The notes under the pieces were generated by a model. That model had not been told where the DNA came from and did no database searches. It saw only the letters and a list, made by a program, of their open reading frames with translations. A stretch of 64,000 nucleotides of DNA, from NCBI GenBank assembly GCA_051439505.1, contig JBFRWI010000102.1, positions 1-64,000 of the forward strand, read 5' to 3'. Each line of letters starts with the position of its first letter. Positions within the stretch are counted from its first letter, which is position 1. This stretch comes from Hormoscilla sp. GTDB taxonomy: Bacteria > Cyanobacteriota > Cyanobacteriia > Cyanobacteriales > Desertifilaceae. This document shows positions 20,679 through 30,498 of this stretch, in pieces. The translations under genes and the position numbers were made by a program.

Positions 20679-20946
20679 GTCAGCGATCGGCGATTGACAA
20701 TTGTGAGTGATTTGGGGTTAAGATTAGAGATCCAGTTATCCCATAAGTTGATGCCATCAGAAATGCGATCGCCCCAGATCCTGAACTTCAAATGGGGACA
20801 ATTATAAATTGAAGGGAAGCAGTATTTTAAGGATGCGAAACTCAGACTCGGTGCAATAACCCGGTTTCGCTCCTCTAACCCAAGTTTAAGGGCCCCCAAC
20901 TGTAAATGAGCCGCACCCCCACACCCGTCGGGAACCGTCGTACACA

Positions 20947-21135
20947 GTCTGCAACCGTTGCGCCGCTGTCTGCAACCGTTGCGCGGCTGTCTGCAACCGT
21001 TGCGCCGCTGTCTGCAACCGTTGCGCCGCTGTCTGGGACCGTTGCGCCGCTGTCTGCAACCGTTGCGCCGCTGTCTGGGACCGTTGCGCCGCTGTCTGGG
21101 ACCGTTGCGCCGCTGTCTGCAACCGTTGCGCCGCT
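20947..21135. repeat. Nine tandem 21-bp units GTCTG(CA/GG)ACCGTTGCGCCGCT
   Basis: Units start at 20947, 20968...21115; about two inverted units recur near 30379-30415. Confidence 0.95.
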
Positions 21136-21190
21136 GCTCAACATTAGTCGATTACGGGTGTGGTCTCAATACTTCTCGGTCCCCCGGGTG

Positions 21191-21326
21191 GGCACTGGTT
21201 CAGCCTGATTAATAAAACTGCTGAAATCCTTACAGAACAGGTGTTTTGGCGATTTGAACTCAAATGGCTATATCCTTTACTAGGTGAGAGTTTCAGGCAT
21301 TCTTTTAATTAGACTGAACCAGTCCC
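21191..21326. mobile_element. 136-bp MITE-like element of a second family
   Basis: Imperfect inverted ends GGCACTGGTTCAGCCTGATTAA / TTAATTAGACTGAACCAGTCCC; no target duplication seen. Confidence 0.65.
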
Positions 21327-21429
21327 ATCACTTCTTCGCCAAGCGGTTTGTCACCAGTCTCGGGTCTTGTCACCACCTCAATGCCTGTCCCTCGATCGCG
21401 GGCTAGCTTAACCTGCGACGATGGCACCA

Positions 21430-21631
21430 ACTCTAGGGGCTCATCAAAATCATCGGATATCCAAATTAAACCTTTAGCACTCCCAGCCTGGCGGCGGCGT
21501 AAGGGCAAAATCGGCACTAGCTTGACCACTGGTTAGTTATCTCTCGTAATCATCACTTCTTCGCCGGCGATCGCCTTTTCAATTAGTTCCGACAAACAAG
21601 AGTTCGCATCAGCGATATCTAATTGGGGCAT
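21430..21631 (-). pseudogene. Phd/YefM antitoxin with DUF2281-like tail and an internal stop
   Basis: MPQLDIADANSCLSELIEKAIAGEEVMITRDN*PVVKLV...AGSAKGLIWISDDFDEPL; TAA at 21533-21535. Confidence 0.8.
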
Positions 21632-21879
21632 AATCACATCCGCTCCTATCTCATATTTCATTCCTCTTCTGATTGTACTACTAAATTCCGTTGTCGATCC
21701 AGAAATTATATTTTCGCCGGATTTTGGAGTCATTCCAGCATATCTGGATGTTCCCAGCAGAAATCGTGACTACATCCTCAGTCATAATATCAGATGCTTT
21801 CAACATGGGATTTACTATTAACTCTCTTTGTATCCCTTGAAGTATTGATACAGGTTGCACCTATATATTTTGTCAAGCA

Positions 21880-21907
21880 AGGGGGAAAGGGGAATGCCTT
21901 TCCCCCT
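21880..21907 (-). terminator. Hairpin downstream of the GH57 gene
   Basis: AGGGGGAAAGG...CCTTTCCCCCT stem ~12 bp after the stop codon. Confidence 0.55.
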
Positions 21908-21918
21908 CCTGGGAGGTG

Positions 21919-24573
21919 TTAGTTAGTCCATTTGCTCACATCGACTGCTAGCTTTTCACCCAACCGCAGTAGTTGATGACTCTGGGATAAGTCAAGCTTA
22001 GTTTCAGAAGTGGCACAGACTTCACCGCCATGCTTTGATGATGCTTGGGCGCTCAAACACCGTGGCACGATGCGACTGTGGAGACATTTGAAGTATAGTT
22101 CCTGACAGCGATCGAGGGAGATGCCGAGATTGAGCTTAAATCCTACTTCAATCATCCGTTCCAAGCGTTTAATATCTGCTCCTAAAGCCGAGTTACCATC
22201 ATGCATTATATGCCAGAGACTGCGCAAAATCATTCGTTCCAGAGTTTGCTTACCCTCGGGAACCTTCAGATGACAGTGGAGTTGATTGGCTTCCAGGGCG
22301 ATCGCCTCCAGTTCTGCCAGGTGAGTCAACCCCAATTGGGTATCGCCATTGGCAAGTTCGAGTCCCCGTAAAGACATCTGACAGCGATGAGACAGAGCAA
22401 TTTCGGCGGCCACTTGCAACTCTGGAGGAACAGGCAATTCATCTCGGTGAAATGCCATCAGGACGCCATAGTTATCCCGGTAAACTTGGGTGTACAGTTG
22501 ATCGACGCGAGTGAGAGTTTCTGCGGTTAATAACTGCATGATCCGGTGACGTTCCTCCGCAAACAAGTTTTGCAAGCTAAAGGAGCGATCGTCTCCAAAC
22601 ATCTGTACCATTGCCAGGATAGCGTGAGCAGCACTGGCTTGTTCCAGGGCTGAAAATAGCTGTTCTTTCAGTTGACTGTAAGCAAGGCGTCCGGAAAAGG
22701 GTTGAATGCAGCAGTGGAAATCCCAGCCACCCAAATGCAGCACGGCAAATACCAAATGACTCGTTTCCCGCGTGATTTGGGACTCCAACTGTAACTGTCC
22801 GACGGCGAGAGTCATGGCACCCATCCGTTGCAGTTGATAATCCAGTTTCTCGGTCCTGTAGCAGTAGAGGCTATGGTGCTTGGGATAATTATAGAACAGG
22901 GAACTCATGGCGTAATGAGCTGCCACTTGTTCTAAGCTAATCTGGGCAGTAGCCACTAACTGACGGTAGACAGCTTCACCATCACCGAAGCATTCTAAGT
23001 TGCTGGGTGCTTGAGCGAGGCCCTTGATAAATTCTGGTTCCAACTGGGTACCCGCCACATCTCCAGCTAGTTCGATCGCCCGGGCCGCGTAGCGCAGAAT
23101 TTGCACTCCTTCGGGACGGGACAGTTCTTCAAAAAACCAACCGCAACTGGTGAACATCAACAAGCTGTGACGCTGCATTTCTAGCAGCCGTAAGGCGTCT
23201 ACTTGCTCATCTGGCGTCAGTTCGCGACGGCAGTGAGTGGAGAGAAAACTCTCAACATTTTCGGGATCGCGATCGCGAATCACCTGAATATACTCATCCC
23301 TGGTTAGCCAGGGATCGCGGAATAATTTCCCTCCCTCTTCTTCGTATACCTCGATCAGGCGATCGCGCAGCCAGTTAAGGGAGTCTCGCAGGGGACGCCG
23401 CCATTTTTGGTGCCACCCGCCACCACCACCGCAACCGCAATCATCCTGCCAGCGATCGACTCCGTGGGAACAACTCCAAGCCGTGACTGGTTTGAGTTCC
23501 ACTTCCCAGGTTGGGGGAGAAATACTCAGGTAATGGGCAAAGTTCGTCACCGTCCAACCGCGACGGGAGAATTCCTGCAAAAATGCGTAGGCGAGGGTTT
23601 TTTCCGCGCCACCTTTGTGATGACCGAAGGTTTCCCCATCCGTCGCCACCGAGATCAACTGGGATGGTCGTTGATCCCCCCGCACTGCTTGACCGATGCG
23701 ACCTACGAAATGGCCAGAGTTAAACAGCACGTCGCTAAAACCCATATCCCGGGAAATTGGGCCATCGTAGAAAAAGATATCGATGTATTTACCACCGCTA
23801 ATAAAGCAGCGATAGGGACGAGTGGGGTCGATTTGACCGCCCCCGACTTCGTGCCATTCCGGTTCTGGTTCCTCTTCCGTGGCCAAGGGGCGACAGCGTT
23901 CCGCCTGGGAGGGGGCGAGAATGATAAATTTGATACCTTCTGCTACCAAAATTTCCAAGGTGGCATAGTCTACAGCCGTTTCTGCCAGCCACATGCCTTC
24001 GGGATCGCGCCCGAAGCGGGATCGGAAATCTGCTTTCCCCCAGCGGATCTGGGTGTATTTGTCCCGATCGTTGGCCAGGGGCATGATGATGTGGTTGTAA
24101 ACTTGGGCGATCGCATTCCCGTGACCGTTCAGGCGCTTGGCACTTTGGCGATCGGCCTCCAGAATGCGCTGATATACCTCCACATCATAGCTTTCTAGCC
24201 AGCTCATCAGGGTGGGACCGATATTGAAGCTGAGATACTCGAAGTTATTGACGATATTGACGATCTCGCCTCGGTCATTTAACACTCGGGCAAAGGCATT
24301 CGGGCGATAGCACTCGTGGTGAATGCGTTCGTTCCAGTCATGGAACGGCGATGCACTCGGTTGCCGTTCGATCGCGTCTAGATAAGGATTTTCCCGGGGT
24401 GGTTGGTAATAATGACCGTGAACCGTCACGTACACTCCCGTAGCTGTCCGCAGGGGATCGCCTTTGGGATCGTCTTGGGAGACGATTTCCAGCAGGTCGT
24501 CCCCGCTGTTGACCACTTGGGTAATCACAGACAACTCTCGATCGCGAGAAACTGCATCATAAGGAGAAGCCAT
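21919..24573 (-). CDS. Glycoside hydrolase family 57 / DUF3536 protein
   Basis: HGHYYQPPRENP, GMWLAETA, ATDGETFGHH, WSCSHGVDRW, MFTSCGWFF. Confidence 0.92.
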   Translation of the reverse strand: MASPYDAVSRDRELSVITQVVNSGDDLLEIVSQDDPKGDPLRTATGVYVTVHGHYYQPPRENPYLDAIERQPSASPFHDWNERIHHECYRPNAFARVLNDRGEIVNIVNNFEYLSFNIGPTLMSWLESYDVEVYQRILEADRQSAKRLNGHGNAIAQVYNHIIMPLANDRDKYTQIRWGKADFRSRFGRDPEGMWLAETAVDYATLEILVAEGIKFIILAPSQAERCRPLATEEEPEPEWHEVGGGQIDPTRPYRCFISGGKYIDIFFYDGPISRDMGFSDVLFNSGHFVGRIGQAVRGDQRPSQLISVATDGETFGHHKGGAEKTLAYAFLQEFSRRGWTVTNFAHYLSISPPTWEVELKPVTAWSCSHGVDRWQDDCGCGGGGGWHQKWRRPLRDSLNWLRDRLIEVYEEEGGKLFRDPWLTRDEYIQVIRDRDPENVESFLSTHCRRELTPDEQVDALRLLEMQRHSLLMFTSCGWFFEELSRPEGVQILRYAARAIELAGDVAGTQLEPEFIKGLAQAPSNLECFGDGEAVYRQLVATAQISLEQVAAHYAMSSLFYNYPKHHSLYCYRTEKLDYQLQRMGAMTLAVGQLQLESQITRETSHLVFAVLHLGGWDFHCCIQPFSGRLAYSQLKEQLFSALEQASAAHAILAMVQMFGDDRSFSLQNLFAEERHRIMQLLTAETLTRVDQLYTQVYRDNYGVLMAFHRDELPVPPELQVAAEIALSHRCQMSLRGLELANGDTQLGLTHLAELEAIALEANQLHCHLKVPEGKQTLERMILRSLWHIMHDGNSALGADIKRLERMIEVGFKLNLGISLDRCQELYFKCLHSRIVPRCLSAQASSKHGGEVCATSETKLDLSQSHQLLRLGEKLAVDVSKWTN

Positions 24574-24970
24574 CGTTAAGCCTCCAATACTAACTACTTA
24601 AAACTCGTGGGCCACAACCGCTGCTGCCAGAGGATTCTACTTAGCGGTTCGGCTACGCTCACCGCAAGTGGCTATATGTTGTTCTTAAAACCTGGTATGT
24701 TTTCCGGACCGTTAGTCCATCACTACAAAGCTGCTATTTATGGCACTTGAAGAGATTCTGGCTTTCTTGTAGGTTAGATGAGCCCCGTGCCGATAAACCT
24801 AAAGAAAATCTATACTTGCTCCACCGGCTCCCCTTGAGCACCGGCAGCCAACGGGCCCTATCCTGTACAACATTTGGGGATTTTGCGGTCTATCTAGGGA
24901 TTTAAATCCATTGTCCCTGGGACAAATCCAGCTACCATAGGTGAGACAACCTGCGGCTGGTGAAGTCCAA

Positions 24971-26065
24971 ATGCTGAACACAAATACGATAATTTCCATC
25001 CTGTTGGTCTTTATCCCCATTTCTATTGCCGGTCATTTTCTGGATTGGGGCTCGACGGTGATCTTCATCACGGCGGGACTGGCGATCGTCCCTCTGGCGG
25101 CCTGGATGGGGACGGCAACGGAAGAAATCGCTGTGGTGGCGGGTCCGAACTTGGGGGGATTTTTGAATGCCACCTTCGGCAATGCTACAGAATTGATTAT
25201 CGGTCTGGTGGCCCTGAATGCGGGACTGATTAGCGTGGTTAAGGCCAGCATCACGGGTTCGATTATCAGCAACCTGCTGTTGGTGATGGGTTTTGCCATG
25301 TTTCTGGGTGGCATCCGCTTTAAGGAACAGCAATTTCAGTCAGTGGTAGCGCGATTAAATGCTTCGGCGATGAATTTGGCGGTGATTGCCATTTTGGTGC
25401 CCACTGCTGTGGATGTCACTTCCGATGGCCTCGATGAAGCTACCATGCAGACTCTTTCTGGGGCGGTGGCGATCGTGTTAATCGTAGTTTACTTGCTGAC
25501 GCTGCTGTTTTCGATGAAAACCCACTCTTTTCTCTATGATGTGGGGGTAGCAGAGATCGAAGCGGAAGAATCAGAACATCAAGAGAAACCAAACATACTG
25601 TTGTGGGTAGTGGTGCTTTTAGTATCAACCATAGCGGTAGCGATCGAGTCGGAACTGTTGGTTGACTCCCTAGAAGAAGCGACCGCTTATTTGGGATTAA
25701 CGGCATTGTTTACTGGGGTGATTGTAGTTCCCATTATTGGCAATGCGGCGGAACATGCTACGGCTGTAACGGTGGCGATGAAGAATAAAATGGATCTATC
25801 TGTCTCGGTGGCGGTGGGTTCTAGCTTGCAAATTGCCTTATTTGTAGCACCAGTATTAGTGCTAGCTGGCGTGATTTTGGGTCAACCGATGGACCTAAAT
25901 TTCAATCCCTTTGAACTGGTGGCAGTGGTAGTAGCAGTGTTACTTGCCAATTCTGTCAGTTCCGATGGTCGTTCTGATTGGTTGGAAGGTTCTTTGCTAT
26001 TAGCTACCTATGTAGTTTTGGGGCTGGCCTTCTTCTTCCATCCGGAAATCGCAGGTTTGGGATGA
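24971..26065 (+). CDS. cax: Ca2+/H+ exchanger
   Basis: NATFGNATE and GNAAEH signature motifs; multiple TM helices. Confidence 0.93.
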   Translation: MLNTNTIISILLVFIPISIAGHFLDWGSTVIFITAGLAIVPLAAWMGTATEEIAVVAGPNLGGFLNATFGNATELIIGLVALNAGLISVVKASITGSIISNLLLVMGFAMFLGGIRFKEQQFQSVVARLNASAMNLAVIAILVPTAVDVTSDGLDEATMQTLSGAVAIVLIVVYLLTLLFSMKTHSFLYDVGVAEIEAEESEHQEKPNILLWVVVLLVSTIAVAIESELLVDSLEEATAYLGLTALFTGVIVVPIIGNAAEHATAVTVAMKNKMDLSVSVAVGSSLQIALFVAPVLVLAGVILGQPMDLNFNPFELVAVVVAVLLANSVSSDGRSDWLEGSLLLATYVVLGLAFFFHPEIAGLG

Positions 26066-26276
26066 TTTTAGCCCCACCTGAAGCCCCAACCTGAAGCCCC
26101 AACCCGAAGCCCCAACCCGAAGCCCCAACCCTAAAGGGTAGGGCTACAAAAACAAAGCAATGTCATTGCGAGCGCAGCGCGGCAACCGCCTGCGCGGGCT
26201 CAATCACAAAATAGTAGGGTGGGCACCGCCCACCAGACAAATTTCATCAGGAAATGAAATAAATGGAGAAACTGGG

Positions 26277-26909
26277 ATGATCGAGTTTATCCAAATAAAT
26301 GATACGAAACATGCAGGTTTTGCCACAGCGATGGAGATTTATGTTGATGCTTTTCCGTCAAATGAGCGATTTCCGGTTGAGTTCCTCAAAGAAACAATTG
26401 ACAAAGGACTGCGTAGCTTGTACCTTGGCTACTTCGGAGATGAAGTAGTTTTTATTGCTATCTTATGGCCTTTAAAAGATACGGAATTTATTCTGCTAGA
26501 TTACATTGCTACGAAGGAAAGCTACCGAGGTCGGGGTATGGGAACAGCTTTTATGAACGCAATCTGCAAATTGTTAAGAGATAATAAGAAATTTATGTTG
26601 ATAGAGGTAGAAAATCCCGAGTATGGAAGTGAAAGAGAGGAAAAGCGCAGACGAGTTGGCTTTTATCGGCGGGTTGGGGCTCAGGTGATGCAGGGTGTAA
26701 GGCATGTTTTGCCTCCTCTAGATGGCAGCGGTATCCCGACAGAAATGCTCTTAATGGTTTTCCCGGAATATGGAAATGGTGCGATCGCGGCAAGAGTGGT
26801 GAAAGATCTGCTCACCAAATTTTACCAGGAAATGCATAACGGGGGCCTGGATAATCCAGTGCTGAATGATTTGATTCAGGAGATCGAAGACCCGATATTC
26901 CTGGTATAA
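26277..26909 (+). CDS. GNAT family N-acetyltransferase, copy 1
   Basis: LLDYIAT...RGRGMG acetyl-CoA motif; RRVGFYRRVG. Confidence 0.85.
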   Translation: MIEFIQINDTKHAGFATAMEIYVDAFPSNERFPVEFLKETIDKGLRSLYLGYFGDEVVFIAILWPLKDTEFILLDYIATKESYRGRGMGTAFMNAICKLLRDNKKFMLIEVENPEYGSEREEKRRRVGFYRRVGAQVMQGVRHVLPPLDGSGIPTEMLLMVFPEYGNGAIAARVVKDLLTKFYQEMHNGGLDNPVLNDLIQEIEDPIFLV

Positions 26910-26978
26910 TTCGTAGTGGGCACCGCCCACCAGAAACCTTACCTGCCAGAGTCAGGGAACGAGAGATGAGGTAATAAT

Positions 26979-27614
26979 ATGATAGAAGAGTTTGTCCCGA
27001 TCGAGGATACGAAACATGCAGGTTTTGCCGCCGCCCTGGAGATTTATGCTGATGCTTTTCCGGCAAATGAGCGAGAACAGGTTGAGTTACTCAAAGAAAA
27101 AATTGACAAAGGAATGAGTTGCTTGTACCTTGGCTACTTGGGAAATGAAGTTGTTTTTATTGCTATCTTATGGCCTTTAACAGATACGGAATTTATTCTG
27201 CTAGATTATATTGCTACTAAGAAAAGCCACCGATGTCAGGGGATGGGAACGGCTTTTATGAACGAAATATGCCAAATGTTAAGAGATAATAATAAATTTA
27301 TGTTGATAGAGGTAGAAAATCCCGAGTATGGAAGTGAAAGAGAGGAAAAGCGCAGACGAGTTGGCTTTTATCGGCGAGTTGGGGCTCAGGTGATGCAGGG
27401 AGTGAGGTATGTTTTGCCTCCTCTTGATGGCAGCGGTATCCCGACAGAAATGCTGTTAATGGTTTTCCCGGAATATAAAAATGACACGATCGCAGCTCAG
27501 ATGGTGAAGGAGGCGATCGTGCAAATTTACCAGGAACTGTATCACCGGGACATAGACGATCCCGTGCTGAATGATTTTATTCACGATATCCAAGACCCGA
27601 TATTTCTGGTATAA
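26979..27614 (+). CDS. GNAT family N-acetyltransferase, copy 2
   Basis: Tandem paralog of 26277..26909; RCQGMG. Confidence 0.85.
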   Translation: MIEEFVPIEDTKHAGFAAALEIYADAFPANEREQVELLKEKIDKGMSCLYLGYLGNEVVFIAILWPLTDTEFILLDYIATKKSHRCQGMGTAFMNEICQMLRDNNKFMLIEVENPEYGSEREEKRRRVGFYRRVGAQVMQGVRYVLPPLDGSGIPTEMLLMVFPEYKNDTIAAQMVKEAIVQIYQELYHRDIDDPVLNDFIHDIQDPIFLV

Positions 27615-27681
27615 TTGATATGGTTGTCAAATTGGTAATTGCCAATTGTGAAAAGCAGAAAAATCATCTGGAGTTAGAACA

Positions 27682-28467
27682 ATGCCATCTCCATTTCCGG
27701 GTATGGACCCATATTTAGAACATCCGCAATTATGGCCAGCAGTACATCACTTGCTGATTAGCGATATTTTTAGGTTGTTGTCCCCTCAACTGCGTCCTAA
27801 ATATCGAGTTGCGGTAGAAGTGCGCATGTATGAAACCGGTGGGCCAAACTCCCTGCTGGTGGGAATTCCTGATGTGATAGTAAAACGGGAACAGAGGGAG
27901 GAAACAAAACCTTCTCGGTCTCAGGTGGCGGTGCTGTCACCACCAGTGGAACCGGTGACAGTCACAATGCCGATGCCAGAGATGATAAAAGAAGGGTATT
28001 TAGAAGTGCGAGAAGTAGGAACGGGTGAGGTGGTGACGGCACTGGAAATTCTGTCTCCGAAAAATAAGCGATCTGGTAAAGGACGCAATGCTTATCAGAA
28101 GAAACGACAGCGAGTTTTGGGGAGTGCAACTAATCTGGTAGAAATAGATTTACTGCGCGGGGGCAAACCGATGCAAGTTTTTGGGGATAAGATTTCCTCA
28201 GATTATCGGATTTTGGTGAGTAGGGACAACCAGCGTCCTTACGCAGATCTATATGCCTTTAACTTACCAGATGCGATCCCCTCATTTCCCTTACCCTTGC
28301 AGTCAGGAGATGTGGAACCAGTTGTAGATTTGCAGAGGTTGTTAAATGAGATATACGATTTATCAGGTTACGATCTGGTAATAGATTACAGCAAAAACCC
28401 AGAACCACCTCTATCAGAGGAAAATGCAGCTTGGGCGTCTTCTTGGTTGCGCGAGAAAGGACTGTAG
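27682..28467 (+). CDS. DUF4058 family protein
   Basis: MPSPFPGMDPYLE, GIPDV, LEILSPKNK, LVEIDLLRGG. Confidence 0.92.
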   Translation: MPSPFPGMDPYLEHPQLWPAVHHLLISDIFRLLSPQLRPKYRVAVEVRMYETGGPNSLLVGIPDVIVKREQREETKPSRSQVAVLSPPVEPVTVTMPMPEMIKEGYLEVREVGTGEVVTALEILSPKNKRSGKGRNAYQKKRQRVLGSATNLVEIDLLRGGKPMQVFGDKISSDYRILVSRDNQRPYADLYAFNLPDAIPSFPLPLQSGDVEPVVDLQRLLNEIYDLSGYDLVIDYSKNPEPPLSEENAAWASSWLREKGL

Positions 28468-28714
28468 GACTGTAGGGTGGGCACCGCCCACCAGCGAGAA
28501 AGGACTGTAGGGTGGGCACCGCCCACCAGATGTAGGGGGGATTTATTTAAATAAAATCATGGTTTTATCCTGAAAAATAGCCCTGATTTGAGCTGAGATT
28601 GTTCCTGGAAAAACTGACAGGTGGTATAAGATAAAGGGGCGATCGCATGTTCCCGGGGCTAAACCCAGATCGCCTCTTATTTGGCTCCATCAGCAAAAAG
28701 AAATTGCTAAACCC

Positions 28715-28744
28715 TTGACAAAGAGAGCGATATTGCAGTATAGT
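28715..28744 (+). promoter_or_regulatory. Sigma70-type promoter
   Basis: TTGACA (28715-20), 18-bp spacer, TATAGT (28739-44), upstream of ATG 28788. Confidence 0.6.
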
Positions 28745-28787
28745 ATAAAAGAGAGATTACTGGTTGTTTCTCTGTGTCAGAAAACTA

Positions 28788-29192
28788 ATGAATAGAGCAG
28801 ATATGGAATTGTTGGCTCGTCAGCGGATGACAGAGTTAAAAAATCGTTTGTTTTCCCACGAACGCGGGATGCAGTCGGAACGCCATCGACTTTGGTTGAG
28901 CGAAAAGGATGCTAATGAAGAATATCCGGTTTGGGAGCAGTTGGAAAGACTTTCTACGGGAATTTTAGGATATGTTAGTCAAATTACATCAACGGGATAT
29001 ACCGTTCAACCTGCTAGGGAGGTGGTGAAGCATTTACATTCCTTGAGTAGTTTTGAGGTCGAGTCCGTTGTCAAGTGGTATTATACTGCTGCAAGTGATT
29101 ATCCCAAAATTCAGCAATATTTTGAACTTTTGGATTATTTACGTCTCTTGGCCTTATCCTATGTGGAACGACATCAAATAGAAAAGCTATAG
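28788..29192 (+). CDS. Hypothetical helical protein (134 aa)
   Basis: ORF preceded by a near-consensus promoter; no family recognised. Confidence 0.7.
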   Translation: MNRADMELLARQRMTELKNRLFSHERGMQSERHRLWLSEKDANEEYPVWEQLERLSTGILGYVSQITSTGYTVQPAREVVKHLHSLSSFEVESVVKWYYTAASDYPKIQQYFELLDYLRLLALSYVERHQIEKL

Positions 29193-29306
29193 TCACTATT
29201 TTGTCGATCGGGTAAAGACGAAAAAAAATACGTATTAGTCAAACTTGATGCTGAACGATAGCGCCCAGGTTACGCAAATTTTCGATTAGCAATTGCCAGA
29301 GAATAA

Positions 29307-29531
29307 GTGATGAATAAGAGAACCCCAGAACAAGAAGAAGTCATAGGAGAAGCATTGGATATTTTAGAGAAATACATGGCACCATCGAAACTAGCGCTTT
29401 TGATATCTATGTTACCCTGGGATGGTGGGGATTCTGTAGCGATGCGCGAAGAGTTGTTTGCTGGAGAAACTGTGGATAGTTTGGTTGAGAAAATTAAAGA
29501 TTATCGGAAAAGTAAACTCTCTCGCGTTTGA
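29307..29531 (+). CDS. Small hypothetical protein, possible orphan antitoxin
   Basis: EALDIL...REELFAGETVDSLVEKI resembles small proteins found beside PIN toxin genes. Confidence 0.55.
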   Translation: MMNKRTPEQEEVIGEALDILEKYMAPSKLALLISMLPWDGGDSVAMREELFAGETVDSLVEKIKDYRKSKLSRV

Positions 29532-29585
29532 ATATGAGAGGGCGATCGCCCCTCTTTCTCCCCAGATGCGATCGCCCGCCAAGCT

Positions 29586-29864
29586 TCACAAGCATTCACC
29601 GTATTTTTCGAGCACCTCCTCTTCTGATAGCTTAGTTAACTTTGGCGGTCCCCCACCATGCAATTCGCTATCGGGATAGGTTAATTCCCAATAAGATTGT
29701 TCGACTGGTTCCTTATACAAAGTAGTCCAACCATCTTCTCGATCGCCAACCTTAACAAAGTGAGATGAGATCATATGTTCTATAATTTTACATGAAGCAT
29801 CAGGCACAATCTTGCCTGCTTGGAAAATCCACTGTCCGACAATCTCTATTTTTTTTGCTAGCAT
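29586..29864 (-). CDS. Imm27-like immunity protein
   Basis: GWTTLYKEP...YWELTYPDSELHGGGPPKL motif. Confidence 0.8.
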   Translation of the reverse strand: MLAKKIEIVGQWIFQAGKIVPDASCKIIEHMISSHFVKVGDREDGWTTLYKEPVEQSYWELTYPDSELHGGGPPKLTKLSEEEVLEKYGECL

Positions 29865-29874
29865 AGTTCATTCC

Positions 29875-30219
29875 TTACTCAACAATACGAAAAGTTGCTT
29901 CCTGGGGAATTGTTCCATTGGGAATTACAAATTCTCTCGCCCCACCTGCTGTCTGACCTTTGCCGACAAACCCGGGATTATTTCTGTTGACAGGAGATGC
30001 AATATTGGTAACTGATGAACTGGGAAATTCCATTACCAAAAATCTATCTGTTAAGGAGGGCGGTATCGTCAATTTCTCGGCAATTTGAGCAGCATTCAAC
30101 CCTTGAATATCCTCTGCCGCTGTCACAAATACGTCCGTAGCTCTTGGACTCCCTAGGGTTTGAGGGTTAATATTGTCAGGCATTACTCGCGCTAGCGTCT
30201 GCGGTATCGGGTTATTCAC
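29875..30219 (-). CDS. Stand-alone polymorphic toxin domain (Ntox10-like)
   Basis: DVFVTAAEDI, IASPVNRNNPGFVG.G.TAGGAREFVIPN; directly upstream of the Imm27-like gene. Confidence 0.75.
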   Translation of the reverse strand: MNNPIPQTLARVMPDNINPQTLGSPRATDVFVTAAEDIQGLNAAQIAEKLTIPPSLTDRFLVMEFPSSSVTNIASPVNRNNPGFVGKGQTAGGAREFVIPNGTIPQEATFRIVE

Positions 30220-30498
30220 TACTTGCTTGTCTTTCCTTGCTTAGTTATTTCCAGCGATAGTATTTCATTATAATCACAATTTCATGTTTTTGTCAACTTT
30301 AGGTTTTTTCTCGTTACCAGGATCAGCCTGGTAATGAGGGTTTGAAGGCAGAGCCTCCAGTCTACCCCGATCGCCTGGTGCGGCGCAACGGTTGCAGATA
30401 GCGGCGCAACGGTCCGGACTCTGTACCGCGCTTGAGGAAGTGCGACTAGATGTGATACCATAGTTAAAGCTAAATTCGTTTTGAGAGGAATCAAGAAC

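Noticed and set aside
20875..21212. 7-aa repeat ORFs on both strands
   Set aside because: Translations of a stop-free 21-bp array; no clear RBS or unique domain
23407..24198. 263-aa plus-strand ORF
   Set aside because: Antisense shadow of the GH57 gene with no motifs
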